Source: Histomonas meleagridis 2922-C6/04-290x (Eukaryota; Protista; Parabasalia). From it: DNA of 64,000 nucleotides. The stretch is from positions 62,001-126,000 of the forward strand of contig JAANOX010000128.1 in the NCBI GenBank assembly GCA_020184695.1. Direction: 5' to 3'. The notes under the pieces were generated by a model. The model ran no database searches. It saw only the letters and a program-made list of their open reading frames with translations, and had not been told where the DNA came from. This document shows, piece by piece, positions 10,718-21,698 of the stretch (position 1 is the first letter of the stretch; every line of letters begins with the position of its first letter). A program made the translations under genes and the position numbers.

Positions 10718-11015
10718 GCTCCTTAAATTAATGAATTTTCATATGAAAAAAAAAATTAAAATGATAGAATATTTGTATTCAACATTAACCATTGTTCAGA
10801 AACCTAAGGAATTCACGTGATTCAATTTTTTAAATTGAATCAGAATTTGCAATAAATGTGAATGATATTAATATCTTTTTTTTCATTTTTTTTTCTTGTT
10901 TTAACCATCATTTTTGTTGGTATAATATGAATTGAAATGCTTTAGAATGAGGAAGAAATGAATATTTTGGAAATTTTTGATTGAGAGGGTTTGTTTGAAT
11001 CTATGACCACAAAAA

Positions 11016-12602
11016 ATGCATTCACCCAACACCCAACAAAAATCAAGCACAACTCAATTCTTTAGGCATGAAACAGTTCGAAGGATTAATTTTGATTCAT
11101 GTCATATTCTTAACTCAATTACTAAAACAAATATTGGTCCATTTGGATCTGTTAAATTATTAGAAACAGATGATGGAGAACTTCATCTTGTCAAAGACGG
11201 AGGTGAATTTATTCGAAGCATTCAAATTATTCATCCCACAGCAATTTTCATTGGTCGAGCAGCATTATCCCAAAAGAAATCGCATTATGATGGTGTTTGT
11301 TCCTTAATTTGTTTTATAGATTCACTTCTTGAGCAAAGCGAGCATAAAATTCTCGATGGTATTCATCCACGAATTATCGTTAAAGGAATCGAAGAAGCTC
11401 GTGACCATGCCCTTAAAATTCTTGATGAGCTTTCGATACCTCTTCCCACTTCACGATCAGATTTAAAGGACATCATCACCTCAGCGACAATCACCAAATC
11501 TCCAATCCAATTATCCGACGTAATTCTGGATGCAGTTACATGCGTCCACGAGAACGACGTCCCGATTGATTTGGACCGCATCGAAGTCCTCAAAATCAAA
11601 AGCACGCAATCAGCAGTTCGATTAGTCAAAGGTTTAGTCATTGATCAAGGCTTTCGACACGAGTTAATGGCGAAGCGGATGAAGAACGTCACCATTTTAT
11701 TACTTAACGTGTCGTTAGAACTCGAGAACACTGCAGTATCAACGTATATACCAGTTGCAAATAGTGATCAGCGCGAGCGTATGACAATTGCCGAAAGAAA
11801 ATTTGTCGATGAGAAACTCAAACAAATCATCGAACTTCGCTCATTGTTTGACGGAGACTTCTTGTTGGTCAACGGAAAGGGTATTGATGGCCCATCATTA
11901 GATATATTGTCACATGCAAATATATCGGCGTTAAGACGTGTGTCGCGTAAAACAATGAATAGGCTCGTGTACTCTTGCGGATGCCATATGATTAATTGTA
12001 TCGATGATATAAATCCTAATTTTCTTGGATATGCTGGAAGTGTCATCGAAGAAGACTTCAAAGGCACCAAATATGTTTTTATCGATGAAGTCAAGGATCC
12101 TAAAGCAGTAACAATAGTAGTAAGTGGTACAACTGAATATAATTTAAAAATGACTGAAACGGCCATAAGAAGTGGAATTTGCTCCATGAAAAACGCTTAT
12201 AATGATAAGAAAGTTTTGCCTGGAGCAGGTGCAATAGAAGTTGCATTAAATGTCAAATTAAATAATTTGATAAAGGAGTTAACATCCAAGAATAGAATTG
12301 GATATCAGGTGTTTGCCGAGGCTGTTTTGGCTATCCCTAAGGCCTTGATCGATAACGCTGGTTTGGACTCGGTGAATATCATCAATGAAATGTTAAGTGA
12401 AATGGAGAGAGGCGAATTGTCGGGCGTCGACTTGGAGACTGGAGAGGTGATCGACCCAACAATATTCGGCATATATGATAATTATGGCGTGGTCAGAAAC
12501 ATTATTCAAGCGGCACCAATTATTGCATCACAATTGTTATTGGTAGATGAAATTATGCAATCTGATAGAGAGAAAAAAGATAAAAAAGAAAAAGAAAAAT
12601 AG
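11016..12602 (+). CDS. Divergent TCP-1/CCT chaperonin zeta (CCT6)-like subunit
   Basis: GLVIDQGFRH, LNVSLELE, AERKFVDEK..QIIEL, NGKGIDG.SLD.L, ALRR and PGAGAIE match CCT6. The ATP motif GDGTT reads YDGVC. Confidence 0.88.
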   Translation: MHSPNTQQKSSTTQFFRHETVRRINFDSCHILNSITKTNIGPFGSVKLLETDDGELHLVKDGGEFIRSIQIIHPTAIFIGRAALSQKKSHYDGVCSLICFIDSLLEQSEHKILDGIHPRIIVKGIEEARDHALKILDELSIPLPTSRSDLKDIITSATITKSPIQLSDVILDAVTCVHENDVPIDLDRIEVLKIKSTQSAVRLVKGLVIDQGFRHELMAKRMKNVTILLLNVSLELENTAVSTYIPVANSDQRERMTIAERKFVDEKLKQIIELRSLFDGDFLLVNGKGIDGPSLDILSHANISALRRVSRKTMNRLVYSCGCHMINCIDDINPNFLGYAGSVIEEDFKGTKYVFIDEVKDPKAVTIVVSGTTEYNLKMTETAIRSGICSMKNAYNDKKVLPGAGAIEVALNVKLNNLIKELTSKNRIGYQVFAEAVLAIPKALIDNAGLDSVNIINEMLSEMERGELSGVDLETGEVIDPTIFGIYDNYGVVRNIIQAAPIIASQLLLVDEIMQSDREKKDKKEKEK

Positions 12603-13551
12603 ATCTATCGTTGCTTTCAAAAATCGGTGGACAGCCGATAGGAAATTCTGTTAACGATAATTGATTTTCAGAACAATACGGTTTACTGCTTTGAAGTTTG
12701 AAATCTTCCACGGATTTTTGAAAATAACAGTATGTAAAATCATTAAAATAAATGTGCATTATAATTATTTTGACATAAACCATAAGTGGTCCAAGAAAAT
12801 TTAAAACGAAAATATCTCGAAAACGATCCATAGGTGTATAGTAAAAATTTAGTGACATTGCTTCTATTATGTGTAGAGTATAAATAATTCAAAATATCGA
12901 ATTTAAAATTTTGATCATTCCATGCTGGCAGATGCGCATCTGTAATCTCAAAATGTTCATTTTCAATTATCTGTAAGAACAACATTTCTATGTATCTAGT
13001 CATTCTATATATCAAGCATCAACATGATTCTTTCTCTCCTTTCATGAAAAATCAATAGATCAACTTGTTTTACTTATAGAGTAAGATGTACCACTACAAA
13101 TCGCTTAGCCACACCTATTAACGTAAACTTTAAACCTAAGTCTGAACTATATATCAATGTTGAAATGTTTTCAACGTCCGATATCAAGAAAACTAATAAC
13201 AAAATCATTTCATCATGCTTTCTAATATGTAAAAAGACTAAAACTTCTATATTTTTTATAATTAATTGCATGCAATTGGATATCTTTTAGCATAAGTGTG
13301 AAGTTCACTGTTTATATATTCTAGGAAGATCAATTCACGGTAATAAAAATTAACAATCAAACACTGTGCTTTTTATGCAATAAAATTACATAGATTGATA
13401 CACCATCACTCTTTGATCTTTTATATGTTATAAGCGTAGTGGCAAGTGAAGGAGATAAATGCAAAAGCTTTTCTTTTCACTGCTTCTTAACGTATGAACG
13501 ATAAGTTTTTCAATTCATAACGATCATGTTAAATCAATTTTGACAAATTCA

Positions 13552-15530
13552 ATGAGCAAAAAAACAGAGAAAGCAACCCTATCCAGGCAAATTGGTAGGC
13601 TTAAAAAGGATATTTCTAATTTTGAACAATCATCGGGGTACTACAAAAAAAAACCCAGATACTCGAGTGAATAATAGAAGATCATGATCCCACATTACTT
13701 CCACCAAGATTTTTTAAGGGTCAAAGGGAGTTCTATGAAGAATATTTGAGGAAATTAAAATCGGTTGACGGACCCGTAAACAAACCTATATATTTTGGGG
13801 AACAATTATCATTTGAATCACAGAACAATTCCAATCGTTTTCCTAATTATCGGCAATGGAGTCCCAATGTAATTATATTTTGTTTCATATTAAGAACTCT
13901 TGGAAGTAAGTGTTATGACTATCTTCGCTCCGTCATAACATTGCCATGTGAACATACGCTGTACAATCACTTTAGCCAAATTCAAAATTCGTGGAAGGAG
14001 TGTTTAACCAAGTGTTCGGAAACAATCCGCATCATCAACCTATTTAGAAGAAGACATAACATTCAGTATTCTGAGAAAGTGGATATTGTTTTGGGTATAG
14101 ATGCTATGTCAATGGAACCTGTTACAAAAGTAATTTATGATTCAAAGAGAGGGGACAATAATGCATTTTTAATACATTTACAATTTTTATCATGCAAGTA
14201 TAAATGTGTTCCTTTACATGTGTTACCATACAAGAAGGGCAATGCAGATGAAGATGTCAGAATTCGCCTAAGATATCTTGCTGATTTTTTAGGTGCAAAT
14301 GGTTTCAATGTTCGCTGTATAGCAAGTGACGGTGATTCTGAATACTCTATAATTCATCGCTAACAGTTCAACAAGTGGTGGCCTATTTTTAGAAATAATA
14401 GAATTGAAGATGCACTTGGGATTCTGCGAAATGATAGATTGATAATTGGCGACTTCTTACATTTATTGAAAAATGCTAGAAGCAGGATATTGAATGGACA
14501 AATCTCAATATGTACAGACGGTAAGCTAGCCTTCATTGCGCTTGATATGGAAAAAGTACTACAGCTTGGAGCTCCATTAACAGACACGTCACCAAAGGGA
14601 AGGATGAAGGATCATTATTGTTTGAAGATCTTTACTATGGAAAACTTCTTCTAATTGTTACATTCTTATCACATTAACATGGCGTTTTACATAGTTCCGT
14701 ATGCTCTATGGTCACATGCTATTCGTAATTCATCGCTGTCACCTCAAACACGACTGGATTATCTTTGTTCTTCACTTGATATTTTTGCATATCATGCAAA
14801 AAACTTAGACAGGCTAACACCAAATGTACAACAAGTGAAACGTAGTCATGGTACGCAATATTGTTGTTCACTCAATCAATGCATTCGAATTATGAACACA
14901 TTGATTGGTGTTTTGAGAGAGTTAAGAGCAAGGTCTGATGATATGTGTCTGGAAAGATTGGGAACACATAATGTTGAATGTCAGTTTGGTTTAATACGTA
15001 TTATGTGTCATAACAAACACAGTCGGGAAAAGATTATGAGTGCATTTTCACGTCTCACCTTAATGAATGATCTGACAACTGTGATAGGTCGAAAGATCAA
15101 CATAAGAACCAGGATGAATGTAGGTGGAGTGAAACTTACTGAAAAGCAGGGCAATGTATTTGAGGAGTCACCACAAGAGCTAACTATGGAACAAGTGTTT
15201 GAGGCTGTTAATGTCGTCATGGAGAGACAAACTGGAAGTGAAGATATACCATTTGAAACTGCTATTGAGTTATGCCCTGACCTGGCAGAGTTTGATATGT
15301 GGTTGAATAGAATTCATGCTCAGTGGAAGGCGACAGGTGTTAGGTTGGAAGAAACCTACCAAGGAAGTCTAATCAGCAATTGTACAATCTTAGCCAGACT
15401 CATTTCATTTTGCAAACATGAGTATATAAATGATGCAAACCTTGGAGATGATAATACCAAAGAACAACAATCAGTAAGGTTGGAAGAAAATTTGTTTTTT
15501 GAGACAACCACACCTACCAGAAACGAATAA
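13552..15530 (+). mobile_element. P-superfamily (P element/THAP9-like) DDE transposase pseudogene
   Basis: KCYDYLRS.ITLPCEHTL, VLGIDAMS (D1), IASDG (D2), DFLHLLKNAR (D-x2-H), GRMKD, LGTHNVECQFGLIR (E). Three track ORFs share one frame separated by TAA at 14361 and 14652. A frameshift near 13670 links them to the ATG at 13552. TIRs not found. Confidence 0.8.
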
Positions 15531-15929
15531 TAAACGACCGTTTAAATTATTAATCATGAAAATCAAGCATGTTTTCACTTGTTTGAGTAACAAAGACACG
15601 ATAACAGGAATAATGCTTTTTATAAACAGAATTAGAATATGAATTGAGAGTTGAAGAATAAATAAAGACAAATTGCGATTTATTATCTTCCAAACCAACG
15701 TTGTCATCTATGATATCAACATAACTATCTAACATACTGAGGTACTAGGTGAGATATTGCATGTTCTTTTTTACTTTACAATTCCTTTGGTGGGTTGGAC
15801 CACGTATCATAAACCACTTTTAATCGTATTGTGCTTTGTCATACAGCTTTCCATTTTGTTTCTAACTTGCTTTCATTTTATATTATCGGAATTATTTTGC
15901 TCAATTTTTTTGTATGATTTTTAATTGCC

Positions 15930-16800
15930 AATATGTAAAGTATCCATTTCTATTATTTCATCTGAATCATTTTGATAAAGTGATGGTTCAATTATTCCCT
16001 TCTTTGATGAATTTCCTATGAAGTTCCCAATCATTCTTTGATAGTTCTTCATAATTTTCTAAAAATGTTTTCTTTTTCATAAAGTGATGGTTCAATTTTT
16101 TGATTAAAATCCAAATTTCTTGAAGTTTTTGTATATCATCATTTCGAATTATTTCTGCGATTTTCTTTGGATTAACTCCTTCTCTTATTAACTTCTTATG
16201 AAGTTCACAATTATTATTTGAAAGTTCTTCATAATGTTTTGTGACATAATTCCAGTATGATTTCTTTAATTTTTTAATATTTTCATCTGACATATATTGC
16301 ATAAAATCCAAGAATCCGATTAATTGTGGGTTACCTTCGAATTGTAAATGATTTACGACTCCTTGATTATCAATTGTAGTGAAACACCAAAAGATTAATA
16401 ACTCATCACTTTAGAATGCTGTTTCTTTAATGTTTTGGTAATACCAAAATCCATTTCGAATTAACAAAGCAATTTTTCTATTGACTTAATTCGTAAATTA
16501 ATAACAATTTTCTCATAAATATCAACGGATTCAATTGTTATTAATTTATCAGTCGGAAATCCATTTATGAATTTAATGGAATTATCCCAATCTTTATAAT
16601 TCTATATATGATATTTAATTTGTCCATTTTTAATTTGAAGAATTTCATTTTTCAAATTTACGTCATTTTCATAGATACCATTCATCGATGTTGCAAGTTA
16701 TTTCTGCTAATGCATTTAATACTTGTTCAAATAAAAATGGATCATTATTTAATATAAATGTTTTAAGGTTTTGTAAATATTCGGATTGAAAAGTAGGATT
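15930..16800 (-). pseudogene. Decayed DUF3447/ankyrin-repeat family gene
   Basis: EGVNPKKIAEIIRNDDIQKLQEI and IEPSLY motifs typical of this parabasalid family, with multiple stops, frameshifts and an internal duplication. Boundaries approximate. Confidence 0.6.
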
Positions 16801-16889
16801 CTAAATGATATTATTATATGAAGGATTTAATTGTAATAATATTATTAACTTTGTTAAGAATTGTTGAGATTTTTTAATATCATTTCTTT

Positions 16890-16892
<3 letters not shown>

Positions 16893-16924
<32 letters not shown>
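16893..16924. repeat. (TA)16 microsatellite
   Basis: Directly visible perfect TA run. Confidence 0.95.
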
Positions 16925-16927
<3 letters not shown>

Positions 16928-17414
16928 CCTAAGTTAATTAATCAATTATTAATAATATCTTTCGTTTCTGGTATATAAATATTCTTTGAACTTTCTTCAA
17001 TAAATAATTCTAATAAATTTGTTTGATGACATACTGTAACTATTAATATTTTATTAATCCATTTTGTAACTTTTGTTTTTAATTTCATATTCTTTTCTTT
17101 TATAGAAATTGTATTGTTGGATTATTTTCATTCATAATTGAATCACGTATTAATTGATCTTGAATATATTCATTTAAATTATCATCATTAACATTATCAT
17201 ATTTATAATATTCTTCTTAAAATTAGTTCTACTTAGCCATGAATAATCTTATTCACATTGATATATTGAACCACCCCTAATTAAACGTAAAAAGATGTGA
17301 TAAACTAGTTTTCAAAGATATTATTTAACGTGCGCGATATAGCCGTTTAGAATTGTCACTTTTTGTCTGTTTATCGAATCTGTACGTTTAATCGCATACG
17401 TTTACATCATTTTC

Positions 17415-18497
17415 ATGCGGCATCTTCGCCAGTGTTTAAGCGAAGACATCTTCACACAAACACTTACTAATACAGATAATGAATGTTGTAATTCAAAAAG
17501 CTCTAGACCTTCTATTCAAATTATGGAAAATAATGATGATGATTATTCAGATCCAAGTTTTATTGATTATAGTGATGATGAATTTGAAGAAGAAGAAGAG
17601 TTTCAAATCGAAAGCATAAATGTAGATCCTGTTTTCGAGGTAACTTCAAGAGGAGATCCGCATGATGCATCAATATACATTGATTTAATTGCATTAATCT
17701 TACAGAGTGAGGAGCCACGGCACATTATAGAGCATGGTTCCATTGAGAAAATACATGGTTCAAAAATCAAACAACTCAGATATGTATTAGGCGAATGGCT
17801 TTTCAATTTAAGCTTTGTTTATATATCCACAACAGAAACATTGTTCCAAGCGTTTTCCCTTTTTGATAGATTCCTCTCCAAAAGATCACTCAGCACCTCG
17901 AAATTACAATTATTTTGTTGTTGTTGTTTATGGATTTGTTCAAAAATTGAACTTCATGCAGAAGATTCTTTGGAACCATTATTTAAATGTTGTCATAATA
18001 AATTTAATCGAAATGACTTTATCCAAGCAGAGCTCGAAATATTAAGTGGTGTTGATTATGATATTCATACTGTTACGCCTTACTTTTTCGTCCAAAGATT
18101 TAATAATTTAATTGAAGCTGATGAAAGAATGATAATAATCTCAAAATTCCTTTGCGAATCTTCTCTTTTATATATTGATTTCAGTTATATTCGATCATCA
18201 GTAATTGGATTCTGTTCAATTGCAGCTGCATGCTTAATTTTCGAGTGTCCTGATAGAATACAAAGATTAAAAGATTTTGCACAAAGCTTTTCTTGGCCTG
18301 AAGTAAGAAAATGCTTTTCATCTTTGCTCGTTGCGGCAAAGAATTGTTTAGCGAATGAAAAAAGTAGTGTTGTAAAAAAATTTGAAAAGTCAACAGTGAA
18401 CGGCGTTCCAAACTGTGCGTTACAATTGATCAAAAGCGTTGACTTTGGCTCTGGTTTAATTCAGTCCTTAGCCAACCTGTTTGGTCATTCTTTATAA
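17415..18497 (+). CDS. Cyclin (A/B-type cyclin box)
   Basis: LRYVLGEWL..., ETLFQAFSLFDRFLS, LQL...CLWICSKIE, ELEILSGVDYDI..TPY.F. Confidence 0.92.
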   Translation: MRHLRQCLSEDIFTQTLTNTDNECCNSKSSRPSIQIMENNDDDYSDPSFIDYSDDEFEEEEEFQIESINVDPVFEVTSRGDPHDASIYIDLIALILQSEEPRHIIEHGSIEKIHGSKIKQLRYVLGEWLFNLSFVYISTTETLFQAFSLFDRFLSKRSLSTSKLQLFCCCCLWICSKIELHAEDSLEPLFKCCHNKFNRNDFIQAELEILSGVDYDIHTVTPYFFVQRFNNLIEADERMIIISKFLCESSLLYIDFSYIRSSVIGFCSIAAACLIFECPDRIQRLKDFAQSFSWPEVRKCFSSLLVAAKNCLANEKSSVVKKFEKSTVNGVPNCALQLIKSVDFGSGLIQSLANLFGHSL

Positions 18498-18700
18498 ATT
18501 ATTATTAAAATATTTTGTTAATAACTTTTTTCTTTAGTGTTTTTTACAAATTACAATTTAAATACTAATGAACTTTGCAAATTTAAAGGTGAAACAAATA
18601 AAAAGTGAATTAACTATTTACAAAAATGAGAAACTTTCTGAAAAGAAGATGAATAATACAACTTAATTGAGAATTTTGATAATTAAAAACAATGGAATGT

Positions 18701-19864
18701 TTATTCAACAGTTTGTACCTTTAATTTTTGCTGCATGATTGCATCATACAATTCTTTCTTTTTCATTTGTACCTTAATTTCGATTTTACGCGACTTGATC
18801 TTAAGCACAATTCCGCTTTTCTCCATTTTCACTTCGCCAATTGACTTAACTTCGATTTGTTTCTGTATCGCATAATATTGCCTTCTCGAAAGAAGTTCAG
18901 TTTTCTCCTGAACAATGATTATAAGGTCAGAAAACACAAAAATGAACATTTTGTCTTTCATTAACTTCCATTTTCCGACAAATGTGCAATTTACATCATC
19001 TGCCAAATTTGGCGCCCCTTTGATTTTGCGTTGTATTTTGATGAGAGTGATTCGCCTCTTCTCTTCTTTGAGGTTTTGCTCAGCTTTGATTGAGACTGGT
19101 GTCAAAATCTTCAAAACCGAATTTATTGGCTCGTAGTCGGGATGCCAGTTAGGAGTGACTTTGGAGATCTCAGTGAGCTTCTGGACATAGTTGACAATAC
19201 CTTCGAGTGGCAATTTGATGTATTTCATGAATCGATTATTGGATCGACGTTGAAGAGATTTGACTCTCTTGCGGAAACTTTTGTTCCCATAGTACTCGGT
19301 TTGGAAGGAAGTGGAAATGGAAAGGAAGTTGTCGACGCTGTATTGAAGATTATTGAAATCAGATGATAGATCGAGAAATATTTGACCAATAGGAGCATTA
19401 TGGCCTTTTTTATCGTATTCCTCCTTGAGGAGAAGTCTTATACGGAGATTGGTTTCAATTAGGTCATCTAATTTATCGAAAATTTGATGATATAAATCTT
19501 CTTTTAATAGTTTCTTCATACCTTCTCTATAATAATCCGAGAACGATTGTAGCATTTCACCATGGTGGTTTTCAATTGAAATGATTTCTGTGATGCAATA
19601 TTTTCTTTGTCGAATCATTAATTCAGACATTGGTTGCTGATGCTCAGTAAGTTTACGAAGCTTATTTTGTTGAAGTAATTCGGTGTATATTGTTTTTTGT
19701 TGTTCTACTTTTGGAGATGGTAACTTTAAAATGTTATATTTAATAATATACGATATTTGGACATAAATAAAATGTATGGCTCGTATTATATAATTTGAAA
19801 TGAAACATAATGAATTGAACAGCAATCGCTGGGATGCTGTCAAGGGTTTAAAAATTTCATTCAT
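18701..19864 (-). CDS. Divergent DH(-PH) RhoGEF domain protein
   Basis: RKYCITEIISIE, IFDKLDDL, IGQIFL, YIKLPLEGIVNY..L.EI.K.TP..HPDY, followed by a PH-like segment (MFIFVFSDLIII). Confidence 0.75.
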   Translation of the reverse strand: MNEIFKPLTASQRLLFNSLCFISNYIIRAIHFIYVQISYIIKYNILKLPSPKVEQQKTIYTELLQQNKLRKLTEHQQPMSELMIRQRKYCITEIISIENHHGEMLQSFSDYYREGMKKLLKEDLYHQIFDKLDDLIETNLRIRLLLKEEYDKKGHNAPIGQIFLDLSSDFNNLQYSVDNFLSISTSFQTEYYGNKSFRKRVKSLQRRSNNRFMKYIKLPLEGIVNYVQKLTEISKVTPNWHPDYEPINSVLKILTPVSIKAEQNLKEEKRRITLIKIQRKIKGAPNLADDVNCTFVGKWKLMKDKMFIFVFSDLIIIVQEKTELLSRRQYYAIQKQIEVKSIGEVKMEKSGIVLKIKSRKIEIKVQMKKKELYDAIMQQKLKVQTVE

Positions 19865-20169
19865 AGCGAATTGTGAATTGAAACGAAAACGTTAAAAATG
19901 TTTTGAATGAAATTAACGATCTTCTTTTTGTTGTAGCATTTTATCTTTAAAAATATGTTTTTCGCACGTGTTAACTATATTAATTTAATTGTATGCCACT
20001 AAATAACGAATTTTCATGCTTAGTTTATTAAGAAAGCATCAAAATTATTCAAAATTGTACGATTAATAAAATTTTTACTTGTAAAATTTCAAGGAAATAT
20101 ATTCTCTATAACATGTTTATATGTGTAATTCTCAAAACTCTCTATTTTAAATATATATTTCTATAATTT

Positions 20170-20772
20170 TTAACAGCATTTCTTCTCTTTTTTGTCTTCA
20201 GGCTCTAACGTTACTTGGAGTGGCTGAGACACCTTTGAGTTTATTGATATCTGGCCATTTGATAGACGTTTGTGAATTTCGAATGCTAATCTTGTAAATG
20301 CTAATTCAATATTTGAACCATTTTTTGCAGATGTTTCCATTGTTGCAAGGTTATGCATTTCAGCAAAGTTTTGAACTTGTTGAGCACTAACTTGTCTTGA
20401 TTCTTCAAGATCTACTTTATTTCCAACAACCAAAATATAAGCATTGGGACTACATAAACTCTGTAGATCAGAAAGCCATGAAGTAAGCTGATCAAATGAT
20501 CTAATATTAGTAATATCATAAACTAATATTGCACCAACTGAGTTTCTGAAATATGATTTTGAAATTGCCCTAAATCTTTCCTGGCCAGCAGTATCCCATA
20601 TTTGCAGTTTGATATTCTCGTTCTCAATTGGAATAGAATATGTATAAAAATCAGCTCCACATGTAGATCCATCTTCAACAAATTCACCAGTTACAAACCT
20701 TTGTACAATAGAAGACTTACCAACACCAGAGCTTCCGACGATAACAATTTTATATGAGCCCCTACTCGTCAT
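20170..20772 (-). CDS. Rab family small GTPase
   Basis: GSSGVGKS, WDTAGQERF, YFRNSVGA, GNKVD, ETSAK, C-terminal CC. Confidence 0.96.
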   Translation of the reverse strand: MTSRGSYKIVIVGSSGVGKSSIVQRFVTGEFVEDGSTCGADFYTYSIPIENENIKLQIWDTAGQERFRAISKSYFRNSVGAILVYDITNIRSFDQLTSWLSDLQSLCSPNAYILVVGNKVDLEESRQVSAQQVQNFAEMHNLATMETSAKNGSNIELAFTRLAFEIHKRLSNGQISINSKVSQPLQVTLEPEDKKEKKCC

Positions 20773-21698
20773 TTTATTTTTTCTTTAACCATACTCATGT
20801 AAACAATTGAAGAGGTAAATTTGACAGCATGTAAAGCTTTGAAAATATTCGAATTGTTTTTATTTTTTACAACACATTGAAAATTGAAATAAACAGACTT
20901 TGCAATTTAACCTGAACATCCATGAAAAACATGTTTTTTAGTTATCCAAACCACTTCATTTGATTTTAGCTCAAAATGTAAAATGACCTGATTGAGGAGC
21001 TCGAATTAATATAATAAATTCTAAAAAGATATTTATCTGATATACCTTATTAATATTTTCAGATCATGATTTTATATAAATTAAAACAACCAAATGTATA
21101 GAAATTAATTTTCTGTGTAAAATTTGTTAAATTGCTTTTATAAAAAAGATATTATGATTTGAAAAATGATTTTGTCAGATTCCAACACACAGTTTTTCTG
21201 TGGTGAACGTTAAACTATTCTGGCCAAATGGCTTGAAAATTTCCACCATGAATTCTAAATTCGAACAAGCTCATCATTGTTTCCTCCTTTCCTAACACTC
21301 TATAAGATCATTTGTATTTCTTGTTGTCTTACCATTAGATATCTCATCAAATAAAATCTCATCCACAAGTTTATGGAACGGGTTTGGTTTTTAGATCAGT
21401 GCCACTGTTCACTGTTTTACAAATTCATGATACCTTGGAAATCTTTTTCTCATCACAAAATTTCAAAAAAAAAAAACAATCAAAAATTACGAATACAACT
21501 TTCTCCCATGAAATCACAAACATCTTTTTATATGTAACTCAATCATCATTTTCTTGATAACGAAAACAAATGCCATGATGACAAGCTGCCCCATTTCTCA
21601 ATTTTGACTAATTATAAAAGTTAATTTCAATGCAAAACCGTTTTAGACGTTAAATATAACCGTTATTAACATTGCTAATTTAAACCGCCAAATAGAAT

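Noticed and set aside
13442-15870. Possible TIRs of the P-like element (gcaagt...aaatg.aaagct at 13442-13470 versus 15845-15870)
   Set aside because: Short, gapped match in AT-rich DNA, with no CA...TG termini and no TSD.
21190-21520. Coding-like minus-strand stretch (RKRFPRYHEFVK, PNPFHKLVDEILFDEI)
   Set aside because: Many stops and no family recognised; too weak to list.
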